This document shows, in pieces, positions 27,826 through 41,553 of a stretch of DNA of 64,000 bases; the stretch's first letter is position 1, and every line of letters starts with the position of its first letter. The notes beneath the pieces were generated by a model. That model had not been told where the DNA came from. It did no database searches and saw only the letters and a list, made by a program, of their open reading frames with translations. The DNA lies in assembly GCA_951406725.2 (NCBI GenBank), contig OX597814.1, positions 125,736,001 to 125,800,000 of the forward strand. Direction: 5' to 3'. The position numbers were made by a program, and so were the translations under genes. Origin of the DNA: Octopus vulgaris. Its lineage: Eukaryota.

Positions 27826-27878
27826 TTTGCTTTCCATATTACATTTGCTTTCCATATTACGTTTGCTTTCCATATTAA
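27826..27878. repeat. 18-bp minisatellite, three copies
   Basis: TTTGCTTTCCATATTA repeated three times. Confidence 0.9.
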
Positions 27879-28751
27879 CTTGGGGTTGGTGTGCGCGTGT
27901 GTTTGTGTGCATGTGAATCTGTGTGCAGATATAGAACTTCTGGTGACTTTGTCTTGCAGTACAAATCACATGTAAGCTCTCTCTTTAAACATTTGGTTGT
28001 GACTCCCTATGTGCCTCTCTTGGGCTAGAACCACTTTGCATGAGGTCGGGACACATTCCACTGTTGGTTTACCTAGGTAGAGTGGGTATGCAGAGTTATC
28101 TAGGTTTCCCCCACTTTATCAGGTTTGTTTCAAGGACGGGGGTCATATACAAATCCATACTGATAAACGTCTACCGAAAAGATACCACTGTCTGAGGAAT
28201 CTCCAGAATAACGACATGAAACTCAGAATAATGCAATGCTGAAATCTAAAACTAGGACTATAAATATAAATATTTACTCTACAGAAGCATTGCGTTCACT
28301 TCTTACATTGTTCATAGCATTGCCGTGGACGTAATAAAGACTTATAAACACATTACTTCCTACACACACACACACACACATAGATATCACACTGATGTAT
28401 ATATAGGATGAATAATATTATAAGCTATTACTCAAATTTCCACACTGCTAACCAGACTTCACATGAATAAAGCGCATAAAAGAAAAATCAACAGTTACCA
28501 ATGAGTTTGAACTCATTGCCATAATTCACTAGTTACAATATATTCTCTATAATGACATTTCTATATGATTCTTGGGCATTTTTTTCTCTCTTTTATTCGA
28601 TATATCGAAATACTGCATCAATATATTATATTTTTCTGCAAAGCAGAGTCAGCACGTTTTTGTTAGCAATGTAGTATCCTCGATAATTGCCCATTCATTA
28701 TGTGTCTTTCACACTCAGCGATTGACCACTCAACATTTGTATATCTCAAAC

Positions 28752-28796
<45 letters not shown>

Positions 28797-28848
28797 ATGT
28801 ATGTATATATGTATATGTATGTATGCATATATGTGTGTGTGTTTGTGC

Positions 28849-28898
<50 letters not shown>

Positions 28899-29439
28899 GT
28901 ATGCATGCATGTCTATCTGTCTATAAGTATGTATGCATGTATGTATGTATGTATGTATATATGTATGTATGTATGTATGTATGCACGTACGTACGTATGT
29001 ATGTTTGTATGTATGTATGTATGTATGTATGTATGTATGTATGTATGTATGTATGCATATGTGCAGATTTGTATGTTTTGTTTCTTGTATATATTTCCAT
29101 GCATATAGTTGCGTATCTAAACATGCTCATATATACTTAAGTGATAAATTTCTGAAAAGTTTTACAGATTTTTACGGTTACAGTGATGGCTTCGATCTGT
29201 AGTCTTCGAATCAACCTTCTCCTTTCTGGTTTTGAGAAGCTTTGATTGGTATTTAGGCGGTGTGTTTCATATCCTAGTAACGCTATAATTACAAGCGTAA
29301 ACATGAACTTGTAATCTGGAAAGGGTAACTGTAGATTCTTTAATAGTACAGCGTTATGTATGTATGTATGTATGTATGTATGTATGTATGTATGTATGTA
29401 TGTATGTATGTAGACACCTGAATGAGTGAAGAAGCGAAC

Positions 29440-29612
29440 AGATGCAGTAATGTTTTGAGGTACGGCACATCGATCAGTTGCCTGAGATCCTCACAGGTCT
29501 AGGAGCCCAATTCTAGTTTATGTATACCGTGATTTGCAATTAATAAGTAAATACTATTGGGCCGAGTATACTGATTTGCCCGGGGGCCAATAATGTTGCT
29601 GGGACGGCCCTG
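29440..29612. mobile_element. Possible non-autonomous hAT-type MITE remnant
   Basis: Right end GACGGCCCTG resembles the CAGGGCCGTC terminal repeat, with internal TTGCCCGGGGGCC. The left end is decayed. Confidence 0.4.
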
Positions 29613-29794
29613 GTTGGAAGTAACTCTCGACATATATTGTTGGTGTTGTGTTTATTGAATAACATGTTGACTTAGCGCTTCATGTTACTTAAAGTTTCAT
29701 GAACGTAAAAAACACACGACCATATATGTGTATGGCTTGTATATAAGTGTCTGTGTGCATGCATTATTGTAGTGAATTGGTGTGTGTGTGTGTG

Positions 29795-29874
<80 letters not shown>

Positions 29875-29899
29875 TGTATGTGTGTGTGTGAGTGTATGA

Positions 29900-30100
29900 A
29901 ACTGCTGTTGTTGCTTATCTCAGTCTTGATCGAGGTCAGTCTTGATCTAGAGGACGTGCCTTTGAGCAGCATTTTAGCCGTGCCCATTGCATCTTTTGTC
30001 TATATGAGAAGTACCCAGAGCATACTTAATCTGATGTGTCATTCATAAGACGGTTGAGTATGGTCTGTGAGAGATTTGACTGCTATTTCTAGCTAGTCGA
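29900..30100 (-). mobile_element. Family D repeat, degenerate
   Basis: Contains TAAGACGGTTGAGTATGGTCTGTGAGAGATTTGACTGCTATTTCTAGC and a TGTTGTTGCT tail complement. Confidence 0.6.
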
Positions 30101-30144
30101 GATTCTTGGACGACGTTGTCTGCTTGACTTTGAGTCAAGCAGAC

Positions 30145-30584
30145 TCAAAGCTCTGGCTTCAGAGGGGCTGTGATCAGAACCTCAATGAGAGCCAAAAAGT
30201 GTTGGAGGTGTGCAGCGTGTGGCCGTGTACTTCTTTCCAAGGCTGGGTGAGCCAACCATCTGAAGTCTCGTGAAAGATCAACTGTATGCAACATCCTTCC
30301 TCCTAGACCAGGGGTATAGCGTGTGGAATGTCTTGCAAATCGAATCGGGAAAGAAAAGTCATATGGCAGTTCACACGGATCACATCTCACAAAGTGATCC
30401 GATCAATCCAGTGAAGTCACATCTGTCTTCTATTCTTCAAATCATGCAGATCTGCAGTGGAACTGAATCGTCATCGGAGAGGTCATAGATGGAATGTCAG
30501 AAATGCCATTGACAACGAGGACTATCAGAGAGACGGCTATCATCTGTGAAGGTACAACAACCACCATGTATGTATGTATGTATG

Positions 30585-30613
<29 letters not shown>
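30145..30613 (+). pseudogene. 5'-truncated RTE-like LINE 3' end with three C2H2-like fingers and a (TATG)n tail
   Basis: CAACGRVLLSKAG*ANHLKS; ACGMSCKS/ESGKKSHMAVH; CLLFFKSCRSAVELNRHRRGH resemble the CxxCxxxCxSxxGLxxHxxxH RTE C-terminus. Followed by a short 3' UTR and tandem tail. Confidence 0.6.
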
Positions 30614-30614
<1 letters not shown>

Positions 30615-30615
<1 letters not shown>

Positions 30616-30915
30616 GGGTCCGTGGCTTAGTGGTTAGGGTATTGCACTCACGATCTCGAGATCGTGGTTTCAATTCTTGAACCAGGGGGTGTGTTGTGTT
30701 CTTGAGCAAAACACTTCACCTCAAGTTACTCTGCGATCGCTTCGAAACCTGACGTGTGGTACACTGTGCTCCAGTTCAGGCAACGTCGATTTGATGGAGA
30801 GAGAGAGTGAGCGAATGTAAAGGACATACGTTTGATCACAATAAACAAATCATTTGTGCAAGTCGTCCAGCAAGAAAATCCAGAACCGTCTTTCACAGAC
30901 CACGAGACACTACCA
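30615..30915 (+). mobile_element. SINE family C-related copy embedded in (TATG)n
   Basis: GTGGCTTAGTGGTTAGGGT (box A)...GGTTTCAATTCTTG...GTGTTGTGTTCTTGAGCAAAACACTTCA. Confidence 0.75.
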
Positions 30916-32130
30916 TCATCATGTATGTATGTATGTATGTATGTATGTATGTATGTATGTATGTATGTATGTATGTATGTATGTATGTATGTATGTATGT
31001 ATGTATGTATGTATGTATGTATATATGTATGTATGAATGTATGCACGTATGTATGAATGTATGCATGTATGTATGTATGTATGTATGTATGTATGTATGT
31101 ATGTATGTATGTATGTATGTTTGCATGTATGTATGTATGTATGTATGTGATGGCTTTTATTGTTCTTTGATGGCAATGATAGTGGATATACATATGTACG
31201 TATAAATGTATATCTGTGTGTGTGTATGTGTGTGTGAATGTATGTATGTATATATGTATGTATGTACGTACGTATGTCTGTCTGTCTGTCTGTCTGTCTG
31301 TATGTATGTATGTATGTATGTATGTATGTATGTATGTATGTGTATGTATTTATTTTTTTGTGTAAGTCCATGTGTATTTGTGAGTATGTGCGCGCATGTG
31401 TGTGTGTGTGCGCGCGTGTATGTGAGTGTGTGAGTGTGTGCGCAACTTGTTCGTGCGTGTATCGTTATTTTCTTGAAAATAAAACTGTCAACATGTCATG
31501 GTGGTCGTCATGAGCACAAAAACATCCGACATCTCAATCACCACCACTGCCAACACCGCCATCACCTTAGACAATACCAGCATCACAATCACCAACCATC
31601 GCCACGCCACCACGAACACAGCTTCTATCATCACCACTACTGTCCACCAACCATCGCCCCCTCCCCCCAGCACCTCAACCAATACCATCATCACGATCGC
31701 AACAATCACCATCCATCATCATTATCGTCATAACATGACTACCGTCTAAGCTACTAATATTAATTTATCTCCCTCACTACTACTACAGCTGATATCACTA
31801 TCACCATCACTACTACGATTATTACTATCACGATGACCACCACCGCCGCTGCCGCCACCACCACCACCACAAGACCTGCTGTCATCATCAGAATAACAGT
31901 ACACCAAAACAGAATAACAGTACACCACCACCCTACTAACCTCACAGCTATAATCTGCACTAAATCGCCACTAATACCGTAACCATTATCAACAACATCA
32001 TCATCCTCAGCAGCAACTGTTGCAACAACCACACTATCACCACCTTTTTTTTTTGAGACGTTAGTATAATATTGGAGGAAACTTAGGTTGCAATTTCTTG
32101 CACATTGAGAGTTCACGTGCAGGCTTCCTT

Positions 32131-32293
32131 TGGCTGTGTGGTAAGTAGCTTGCTTACCAACCACATGGTTCCGGGTTCATTTCTACTGCGTAGCAACTTG
32201 GGCAAGTGTCGTCTACTATGGCCTCGGGCCGACCAAAGCCTTATGAGTGGATTTGGTAGACGGAAACTGAAAGTAGCCCGTTGTATATATGTG

Positions 32294-32369
<76 letters not shown>

Positions 32370-32572
32370 TGTGTCTGTGTTTGTCCCTCAACATCGCTTG
32401 ACAACCGATGCTGGTTTTGTTTACGTCCCCATAACTTAGCGGTTCGGCAAAAGAAGCCGACAGAACAAGTACTAGGCTTACAAAGAATAAGTCCTGGGAT
32501 CGATTTGCTCGACTAGAGGCGGTGCTCCAGCATGGCCGCAGTCAAATGACTGAAACAAGTAAAAAAAAAGAG
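32131..32572 (+). mobile_element. Full-length SINE family B with internal (TA)n(TG)n
   Basis: Nearly identical to 24752-25205 and 46565-47057. Confidence 0.92.
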
Positions 32573-33499
32573 TATTCAAGATAAAGTAATGCTAAATAAA
32601 CGCCAGGAGACTGGATGTTCACGGTTAGAAGGCCGTTTGAACGATATATCGTCGATATAGAAATAAGTCTCTCTGTGCCAGTGAACGCCATCAGAGAACA
32701 ACAGAAGCTGCGGCTCTACTTGACTTGCACCCTAAAACCCCCATAAATATGCCTTACAGAACCTACAAAATATTTACACAAATAAGTACGAACAAACATC
32801 AGGATTAATAAATACTCTAGAAAAATACACGACTTTACAGCGAAAATAACGTTGAGAAGAAAAGAACAATATTAAAAAATAACAACGACACATGAATTTA
32901 CGTTGTCATTCGCCTTCCCACCATTATCTAAAGAATACATTTAAAAATAAACGCTTTTGCACACAAAGTAAACGTGGTAAACATGACAAAAAGAAAAGTC
33001 AAAAACTTCTGCATGACGACATTAACGGCATTAAAAACATCATTATGAAACTAAAAGATTTTTATAATCTCACGCGACATTCACGTTGTACGTAACACAA
33101 AACTCCCAGTATTCCAAATTATGCTTATATCAGACGAGACGCCAATGGAGGCGGTCTGATTACATAAATAAAAACGCTTATTAAATCTATATTGATATCA
33201 TAAATGACATTCGTAAATTGATAGGGAATGAAATGGAGTCTATTTTTTTATAAAAAAAAAAAAATAGAAAGAAAGAAAAGAAAAGACAGATAGAAAGAAA
33301 TGAGGCTCGTTAATACACACACAGATATATCTCTACATCGCTATCTGTCTATCTATCGCTATATTTGGGGATCGTGATTTTGCCAAAAAGACATAAACGT
33401 GATAGATATCTGTCTGTCTATCTATGTGTATGTGCGGGCGTGCGTATGTGTGTATGTGTCTGTGTTTTTCGTGTGTACATTCGTAAGCTGTTCGCTACA

Positions 33500-33583
<84 letters not shown>

Positions 33584-33647
33584 CGGAGTTTAACTGCTCT
33601 TTCTAGTGAGTCAGATATCCTATTATCGTCATCTCTTATGTGTTTAA

Positions 33648-33690
<43 letters not shown>

Positions 33691-33741
33691 GCATATAAAC
33701 ATACGTATATGTACATACCTTCATCTATACGTATATATATA

Positions 33742-34068
33742 TACACAGGACGTCATAAAATGTGTACAACAAAAAATATGAAGCATGAGTACATGGAACA
33801 TGAACTATTCTTTCGAACAACGAAAGACACAAATGGAAAACAAAAGAAACAACATAAAGAACGACCCTTAATCAGTTGTTGGCTGTTTTTCTAGTCTCGT
33901 ATTTCGAGCATTTAACAACAATATACGCTTTCGATAAAATAGTTGCTCCCGCAAAGCAAATTAAATAAAATTTGGGATTTTTGCGGAGGCTCAAAATAGG
34001 TAACACAAACAGGGCAGTAAAAACAAACAGGAAGGGCTGCTAAGCCTAAACGAGGTTGTGGTGGCGAT
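33742..34068. mobile_element. Unclassified interspersed repeat; a related, shorter inverted copy lies at 44350-44452
   Basis: Shared blocks ACAGGACGT..AAAA and CAAC.TAAAGAA..CCCTT.ATCAGTTGT. Confidence 0.55.
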
Positions 34069-35434
34069 ATGTGTGTGTATGTGTGTGTGTTTGTATATAC
34101 ATATATACATACACACACAACACATATGCACACACACACACACACACATTAACATTAAAAACAAAAAAGAAAAGTGCTTTGTGAACTTTATCATAAAAAG
34201 GGCGTGAAGAGAAAGTATTTACGTTTTTATCAAAAGATGTTACCATTTTCAATTGTTAACGCAATATAATCATGCAAATAGAAAGATGAATGAAATTAAC
34301 TTAATATTTTATTGAAGACGTTTAGAAAGTTGACATGTTTTTCTTCATAAAAAATTTATATGTTAATCGCTGTTAATCTTCCTTGGGTAGCTGTTGCGAT
34401 TAAACTAATGACAACAACATAAGCAGCAGCAGCAGCAGTTAAGCTGGTATTTATTGCTCCTTGCTGGCAATGATGGAGGTACTTACATCCATACACGCAT
34501 ACATGCATGTATACACACACACCACACACTCACATATGCCACCACCGTCTCATCAACCGCTCCACTAGATTACACATCTCACTCACCTACAACGCTTTTA
34601 CATTCTCTTGCAAACATCATCGCGGGCGACTTCAATGCAACCGACACCTCTTGGTTTTCAAATAGCGTAGATAGCGAAAGAAGCAACATAGTAGCATCAC
34701 ACTCAAATTCCCTTTACATCATATAGATCCCGCACATACACACACACACACATACATACCTAACTGCAGTAATTCTTCCCTAGACATTATATTTTGTTCC
34801 ACACACCTAGCTGCCATAACTATATGATAAACAATTCTTCAACTTTCCTTGAAGTAGCTACCAATTATTATCACAACGCGCTCGCACATCAATGAAGAAA
34901 GCAAATACGCTTTTACAAACTTCAAAAAACCTCAATGGAACGAGTCCCACCAAGAAACAGAATCAAGGTTTGTTTGTACAGAATTCAACACAACCACATT
35001 TACCAACAAAAATACTGCAGTACACACATTGCACAAAATAATTACAGACGCATCTAAAAACATATTACACAAACTAATATAAAAAAAAAATATAACTCCA
35101 GTTATACACCAAAAATAGCCAACTTCATAAAAACTAGAGACAACCTCAAACACAATGCACAAACACAATAAACAGCTGAAATAAAACTCAGCATCAAGAA
35201 TTAAACAAATAAGAAAAAAAAAACAACAGAAAAAAACAGAAAGCTGGCAAGCATTTCTATCCAACAGAAACCACAAAACTAAAAGTAACATACTATATAG
35301 AATAATTAGCAGTATCAGGAAAAACAGCAAAAGGTTATAACACACTCATGTCATAATAACATCATATAATATACCCACATTGCAACATCAAGAAAACGCC
35401 CTTATCGGCTGTTTCTAGAAAAATCAGCCACCAT

Positions 35435-35439
35435 AAACA

Positions 35440-35490
<51 letters not shown>

Positions 35491-35670
35491 ACACACAGAA
35501 GAAGGAGGAAGAGGAGAGGAAGAAGAAGAAGAAGAAGAAGAAGAAGAAGAAGAAGAAGAGAAAGAAGAAGAAGAAGAAGAAGAAGAAGAAGAAGAAGAAG
35601 AAGAAGAAGAAGAAGAAGAAGAAGAAGAAGAAGAAGAAGAAGAAGAAGAAGAAGAAGAAGAAGAAGAAGA
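35435..35670. repeat. (CA)n-(AAG)n microsatellite
   Basis: Directly visible. Confidence 0.97.
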
Positions 35671-35899
35671 GCAACATCATGAAGAAGACAGGGACTCAGA
35701 ACATGAAGTATGCACCTTCCATCTTAAGAAGAGGGAAATCTTTAAAAAAAAACTCGAAAGCCTCAAGGCGATACAAAATCCCAATCATAATCCCTAAAAT
35801 ACCAACAGCCTGAAGAAATCGCTGTGCTCACCGACATCTGCAACTGCTCCTACCAACACTGTCAAATTCCCAGAATCTGAATTCTTAGCAAAAGCTTAA

Positions 35900-36290
35900 G
35901 TGGCTGTGTGGTAAGTAGCTTACTTACCTACCACATGGTTCTGGGTTCAGCCCCACTGCGTGACAAGTGTCTTCTACTATAGCCTCGGACCGACCAAAGC
36001 CTTGTGAGTAGATTTGGTAGACGGAAACTGAAAGAAGCCCGTCGTATATATGTATGCGTGTGTGTGTTTGTGTGTGTGTATCTATGTTTGTCCCCCCAGC
36101 ATCGCTTGACAACCGATACTGGTGTGTTTACGTCTCCCGTAACTTAGCGGTTCTGCATAAGAGACCGATAGAATAAGTACTAGGCTTACAAAGAATAAGT
36201 CCTGGGGTCGATTTGCTCGACTAAAGGCGGTGCTCCAGCATGGCCGCAGTCAAATGACCTGAAACAAGTAAATGTGTAAAAGAGTAAAGG
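35900..36290 (+). mobile_element. SINE family B inserted in the LINE
   Basis: Family B head, body and tail are present, with a short internal (TG)n. Confidence 0.9.
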
Positions 36291-36599
36291 AGTTTTAAAA
36301 TCAGATAAACACCTAAATGAAATAACATAGTTGAGACCGATTGCTCTTTTATACCCGTCCTTAAAAGTCCAAGAAAGGCAAGTACTTACCATCAGTAGCC
36401 CGTATATTTTCTCTCCAAGTCACAACAGAGATATAACTCAACCATCATACGTAACATAGAAAAATGAACGAAGTCTTCGACAGCAAAGAAATCTCCCGCG
36501 CAAAACATTTTCACTGCGACTGATATCAGTAAAGCTTTCGGCTCCATTCCCAACTAACTACACAACAAAATCCCGCCGCGCATGCACGTGTTTGCTTAT

Positions 36600-36822
36600 A
36601 TATTTGCGTGTGCTTGTATTTGTGTGTTTGTCCCTCACCATCGCTTGACAACCGATGCTGGTTTGTTTACGTTCCTGTAACTTATCGGTGCCGCAAAACA
36701 GACGGACAGAATACGTTCCAGATTAAAAAAAAAGATAAATACTTTTGTCAATTTGTTCGACCAAGCCCTTCAAAGCGTTGCCCCAGCATAGCCGCAGTTC
36801 AATGACGGAAGTAAGTAAAAAG
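36600..36822 (+). mobile_element. SINE family B 3' half
   Basis: TTTGTCCCTCACCATCGCTTGACAACCGATGCTGG...CCCCAGCATAGCCGCAGTTCAATGAC. Confidence 0.8.
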
Positions 36823-37085
36823 ATCACTCTAAGAAACAACTCAATACGCTAACTAGCAAACTATCTTTCAGAGTTTGCCGTTTCTTGAATGGAGTACCGC
36901 AGAGATCTGTCTTCTCACCCATTCTTTTCAACTTATATCTACAAAACTACCCCACCCCCAAATTTCCAAATACAATAAACCATCAAACTCAATAACATAA
37001 ATACCCTACACTTACGGAAGATGTAAAGTATAGTTTTTTGTTGCTGCTGCACACTTCACGTCCACGGTATTTTTCACAATACTAG

Positions 37086-37322
37086 GGCGGCGAGCTGGCA
37101 GAAACGTCAGCACGCCGGGCGAAATGCGTAGCCGTATTTTGCCTGTCGTTACGTAGTGAGTTCAAATTCCGCCGAGGTCGACTTTGCCTTTCATCCTTTC
37201 GGGGTCGATAAATTAAGGACCAGTTACGCACTGGGGTCGATGTAATCGACTTAATACCCATGTCTGTCCTTCTTTGTCCCGTCTGTGTTTAGCCCCTTGT
37301 GGGTAATAAAGAAATAGGTATT
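37086..37322 (+). mobile_element. Young SINE family A copy with perfect 16-bp TSD
   Basis: Intact head GGCGGCGAGCTGGCAGAAACGTCAGCACGCCGGGCG; GGTATTTTTCACAATA at 37066-37081 and 37317-37332. Confidence 0.93.
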
Positions 37323-37344
37323 TTTCACAATATGAAAACCTGTA

Positions 37345-37501
37345 GCAGTGGTTATGTGGTAAGTAACTTGCTTACGGACCACATGGTTCCGGGTTCAGTC
37401 CCACTGCGTGGCACATTGAGCAAGTGTCTTTTACTATAGCCTCGGACCGACCAAAGCCTTGTAGGTGGATTTGGTGAATGGAAACTGAAAGAAGCCCGTC
37501 G

Positions 37502-37537
<36 letters not shown>

Positions 37538-37805
37538 TGTATGTATGTATGTATGTATGTATGTATGTATGTATGTATGTATGTATGTATGTATGTTTGT
37601 GTGTATATGTTTGTGTGTCTGTGTTTGTCCCCACCAACTATGCTGGTGTGTTTACGTCCCCGTAACTTAGCAGTTCGGCAAAAGTGACCGATAGAATAAG
37701 TACTAGGCTTACAAAGAATAAGTCCTCGGATCGATTTCCTCGACTAAAGGCGGTGCTCCAGCATGGCCACAGTCAAATGACTGAAACAACTAAAAGAGAG
37801 TAAGA
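37345..37805 (+). mobile_element. SINE family B with internal (TATG)n
   Basis: Family B head and tail flank (TATG)n at ~37505-37595. Confidence 0.9.
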
Positions 37806-38046
37806 GTGTGTATTTGGGTGTCCAAATAGTCAGAACAGTTGAGAGAGTGCAATGTATCCAGATTGTCATGCTGCACCTCGTAGCATTCATAACTGCATAT
37901 GTCAGACTGTGTGGTGTAAGGCCCTCGGCTTAGACAAGCACATGGCGTGTCGAGGAAGATGAATCTGTGAGTCCACGCCTTGTCTTTCGGCCGATTGCTT
38001 GCCTGTCATACGGGGAACTGCTTTATCAGGGCTGACCTAGAGTTAG

Positions 38047-38049
<3 letters not shown>

Positions 38050-38080
<31 letters not shown>

Positions 38081-38387
38081 CGGCACCGACACATTACAAC
38101 CACTATGAAATTCACCATCGCCACTACCACCACAACCACAACCACAACCACCGCCACAACCAGCACGCAAGTCTCTATCGAACTTCAGTTAATATCACCA
38201 CCACCACCACCACCATCAACAACAACAACAACAACAACAACAATAGCAACAACTCTGTAACTACTACAACGACTACTACCACCATAACTACAGCATCATA
38301 ACTTCTAACGCCATAATTACCAATATCACCGCCACCACTATAACCACTTCCAATACACAACGAAAATGATCATTACTATGATCGCTA

Positions 38388-38446
<59 letters not shown>

Positions 38447-39094
38447 GCTACTACTACTACTACTGCTACTGCTGCTGCTGCTGCTGCTGCTACGCCAAAA
38501 TCAGTCATCGCCATGATCTTCGACACCACCAATGCCCAGCACCGCACCACATAAAACAGTCATCACCAACACCGCCATCAATTCTACCACAACCACGGGC
38601 ATCATCAACATCTCCACTACAACCACCACCACCACCACCACCACCACCACCACCACCACTAAACAACGCTTATCACCAACACCAGTGCTATCATCGCTGC
38701 TGCTACCATTATCAGCATCATCACCAACATCACCAATACCGCCACCATCACTAACACCATCGGCGGCATCACCACCACCACCATCACGACGTCCGTCATC
38801 GTCGTCATCATCATCATCATCATCATCATCATTATCATCATCAATATAGCATTATCAATACAATGCAATAATACAGTAAAACCGTCACTGTCCACTCGTC
38901 GTCCGTCTTTTAATATTTCTTTCTTCTTCATTTCTTCAATCATTTAATCGGTAATGGAAACAACAGCAACAGCAACATCGATAGTAACATCAACAGTGGC
39001 AGCAGCAGCAGCGGCAGCAGCAGCACAGCAGTAACATCAGTGGTAGCAGCAGCAACAGATGCAGCAGCAACAGATGCAGCAGTAACATCACTAG

Positions 39095-39168
<74 letters not shown>

Positions 39169-39169
39169 A

Positions 39170-39234
<65 letters not shown>

Positions 39235-39385
39235 ACATTAGCAATAGTAGGAACACCAGCATCACAGACAGCATCCTTGACAGCAGTAATATCGCTAGTA
39301 GTAGCAGCAGCAGCAGCAGCAACAGCAACAACAACAATACCATGAGTTGCAGCAACGGCAGCAGTTGCAGCAGCACTAACGGCCA
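38050..39385. repeat. Mosaic trinucleotide field (AAC, ACC, ACT, GCT, CAT, AGC, AGT)
   Basis: Directly visible alternating trinucleotide runs. Confidence 0.93.
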
Positions 39386-39730
39386 CATGCTATATAGATA
39401 AACAACACCATGAAGAAATTATATACAAATACAATACAACGACCACTAGTTATCCGTACCATCCTCCATTTCAGCTACCATTCACATTTAAGAAATCGAC
39501 GTAACTCTACCAGTTCCACCATCGATACCCATATCCGTTGTATACACAATCACAATTCCGACACATAGTTTCCGTTATTGCACATCGCCGACCGACCGCT
39601 AGTATTGGCGGAATCGGACAAAACGTTTGCTGTGCTTAGATTCCGAGTTCAAATTCCGGCGAGGTCAAAGTCAAAATTTGTCTTTCATCATTCCAGGTTC
39701 GATAAGATAGTATAGTGTATATATACACAC

Positions 39731-39765
<35 letters not shown>

Positions 39766-39953
39766 GAAACATAAAAACATTTGTATGTATATATATAAAT
39801 AATAATATCAGGGTAATAAAGATTTTAGAAATTTTTACTACCTATGGCCTAGCGTGTAGAAAAATTAGTCAACAGACAATATATTATTCCTATAAATACA
39901 ACAATAATAGCAACAATACTAACTTGTACACTGTATTTATATGAATATAAATA

Positions 39954-40002
<49 letters not shown>

Positions 40003-40264
40003 TTAAATTTAGATTCGTATATCTGTGTGTGTGTGTGTGTACGTGCGAGTGTATGTATATATATATGTGTATATGTGAGGTTATATACGTATATGTGTAT
40101 ATGTGCGAGTATGTATTTATGTTCGTAAGGAAGGATGGATGGATGGACGGATGGATACTTGAAATGTTTGTGAATGGAATTATTAGGAGAGAAACGAAAA
40201 GCTACCGGTCTTACCAGTGACATACAAAACTACTCATGTCCACATCATAGGCATAGTATAGTAT

Positions 40265-40435
40265 AACTCGATTTGCTAGAAACAGCAGCCAAATCTCTCA
40301 AATCACACCTTTCCATCTGAGAAAAGTGGTTTTGAGTGCACTGTAACTGTGAATATGAGAGAATTGTCATGACTGGCATGTATTTAATCATGGGTCTACC
40401 CCATTAGAGAATGCCAAGGGCTAAACAACAACAAA
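40265..40435 (+). mobile_element. Family D repeat
   Basis: TGCTAGAAACAGCAGCCAAATCTCTCAAATCACACC...GGGCTAAACAACAACAA. Confidence 0.75.
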
Positions 40436-40773
40436 ACATCAACAACGATCACAATTTTAAAAATCGTAAAACCATTTCTATCGCCATCGTCATCATGGCA
40501 TCAACTTCCCCATCTTACCATCACCCTCACTAACATATTACCTTCCCCACTGCCATCGTCATTATAAAACCATCTACCCCATTTTACCATCACCGCCACT
40601 ACCATGTTACCATCCACAACGCCAATCGCCACTGTAAGGCCACCTACCACCCCGTCACACCGTCACCATCGCCACCACCATAATACCATCGGCGTCGCAT
40701 TTACGAGGGCAATCTCGCAAATTTTCGCCCTCTTTTATACTAACATACCATCAGTACCACCACCACCACTACC

Positions 40774-40806
<33 letters not shown>

Positions 40807-41191
40807 GTCATCATCATCATTATCATCGTCATCATCATCATCGTCGTCGTCGTCGTAATCAACATCATCATATCACTGATATCGTTAACGTCATCATATT
40901 TTTAATTCCTTCAACCATACCACCAACACGATCGACCACGTGCACAATACCATCGTGAGTTTCACTGGAGTCATTCAACCGCCATGTCATTAATCATACC
41001 ATTAACCATTAACCATATCACTAACTAAATAACCAAACCATACCACTAGCTATACCATCTACATGCAATACTACCAAACACACCACGATATCACGAGCTT
41101 ATTATACTAGCTATAACCAAGCACACGATAGTCATACTATCAACCATTGATAACTCATGGCAAGGAGTATTGTAAACATCACCACAAGGAA

Positions 41192-41239
<48 letters not shown>

Positions 41240-41251
41240 AGAAAGAGAGGG

Positions 41252-41316
<65 letters not shown>

Positions 41317-41511
41317 ATAGAGAAAGATAGAAGGGAGGGGACGAAGAGTAAATTGACAGAGGGGTGAAATGTGATAGGAATTGAAGAAAACAGAGAGAGA
41401 AAACGGAGAGTGAGAAAGGTGCAGAGAGATTAAGAGAGGGGGTGGACAGAGAGGAGAAAGATAAAGAGTGGTAGGGAAGAGAAAACAGAGGAGGAAAGTA
41501 TATGGAAAGAA

Positions 41512-41553
<42 letters not shown>

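Larger units (their letters stand above)
34500..38080 (+). pseudogene. Decayed, nearly complete LINE ORF2 (APE endonuclease, RT, CCHC-like C-terminus, (AAC)n tail) interrupted by four SINEs and microsatellites
   Basis: NIIAGDFNA (34613-34640), LRPIALL (~36335), DISKAFGSIP (~36521), NGVPQRSVFSPILFNLYL (~36888), PDCHAAPRSIH (~37856), then tail ATCAGGGCTGACCTAGAGTTAGA(CAA)n. Confidence 0.82.

Noticed and set aside
28499-28518. Perfect 9-bp inverted repeat CAATGAGTT-TG-AACTCATTG
   Set aside because: Short, isolated and compatible with chance or a decayed box B; no associated element ends.
38366-39388. Poly-T/A/V mucin- or antifreeze-like ORFs
   Set aside because: Trinucleotide mosaic open on both strands with no unique coding flanks.
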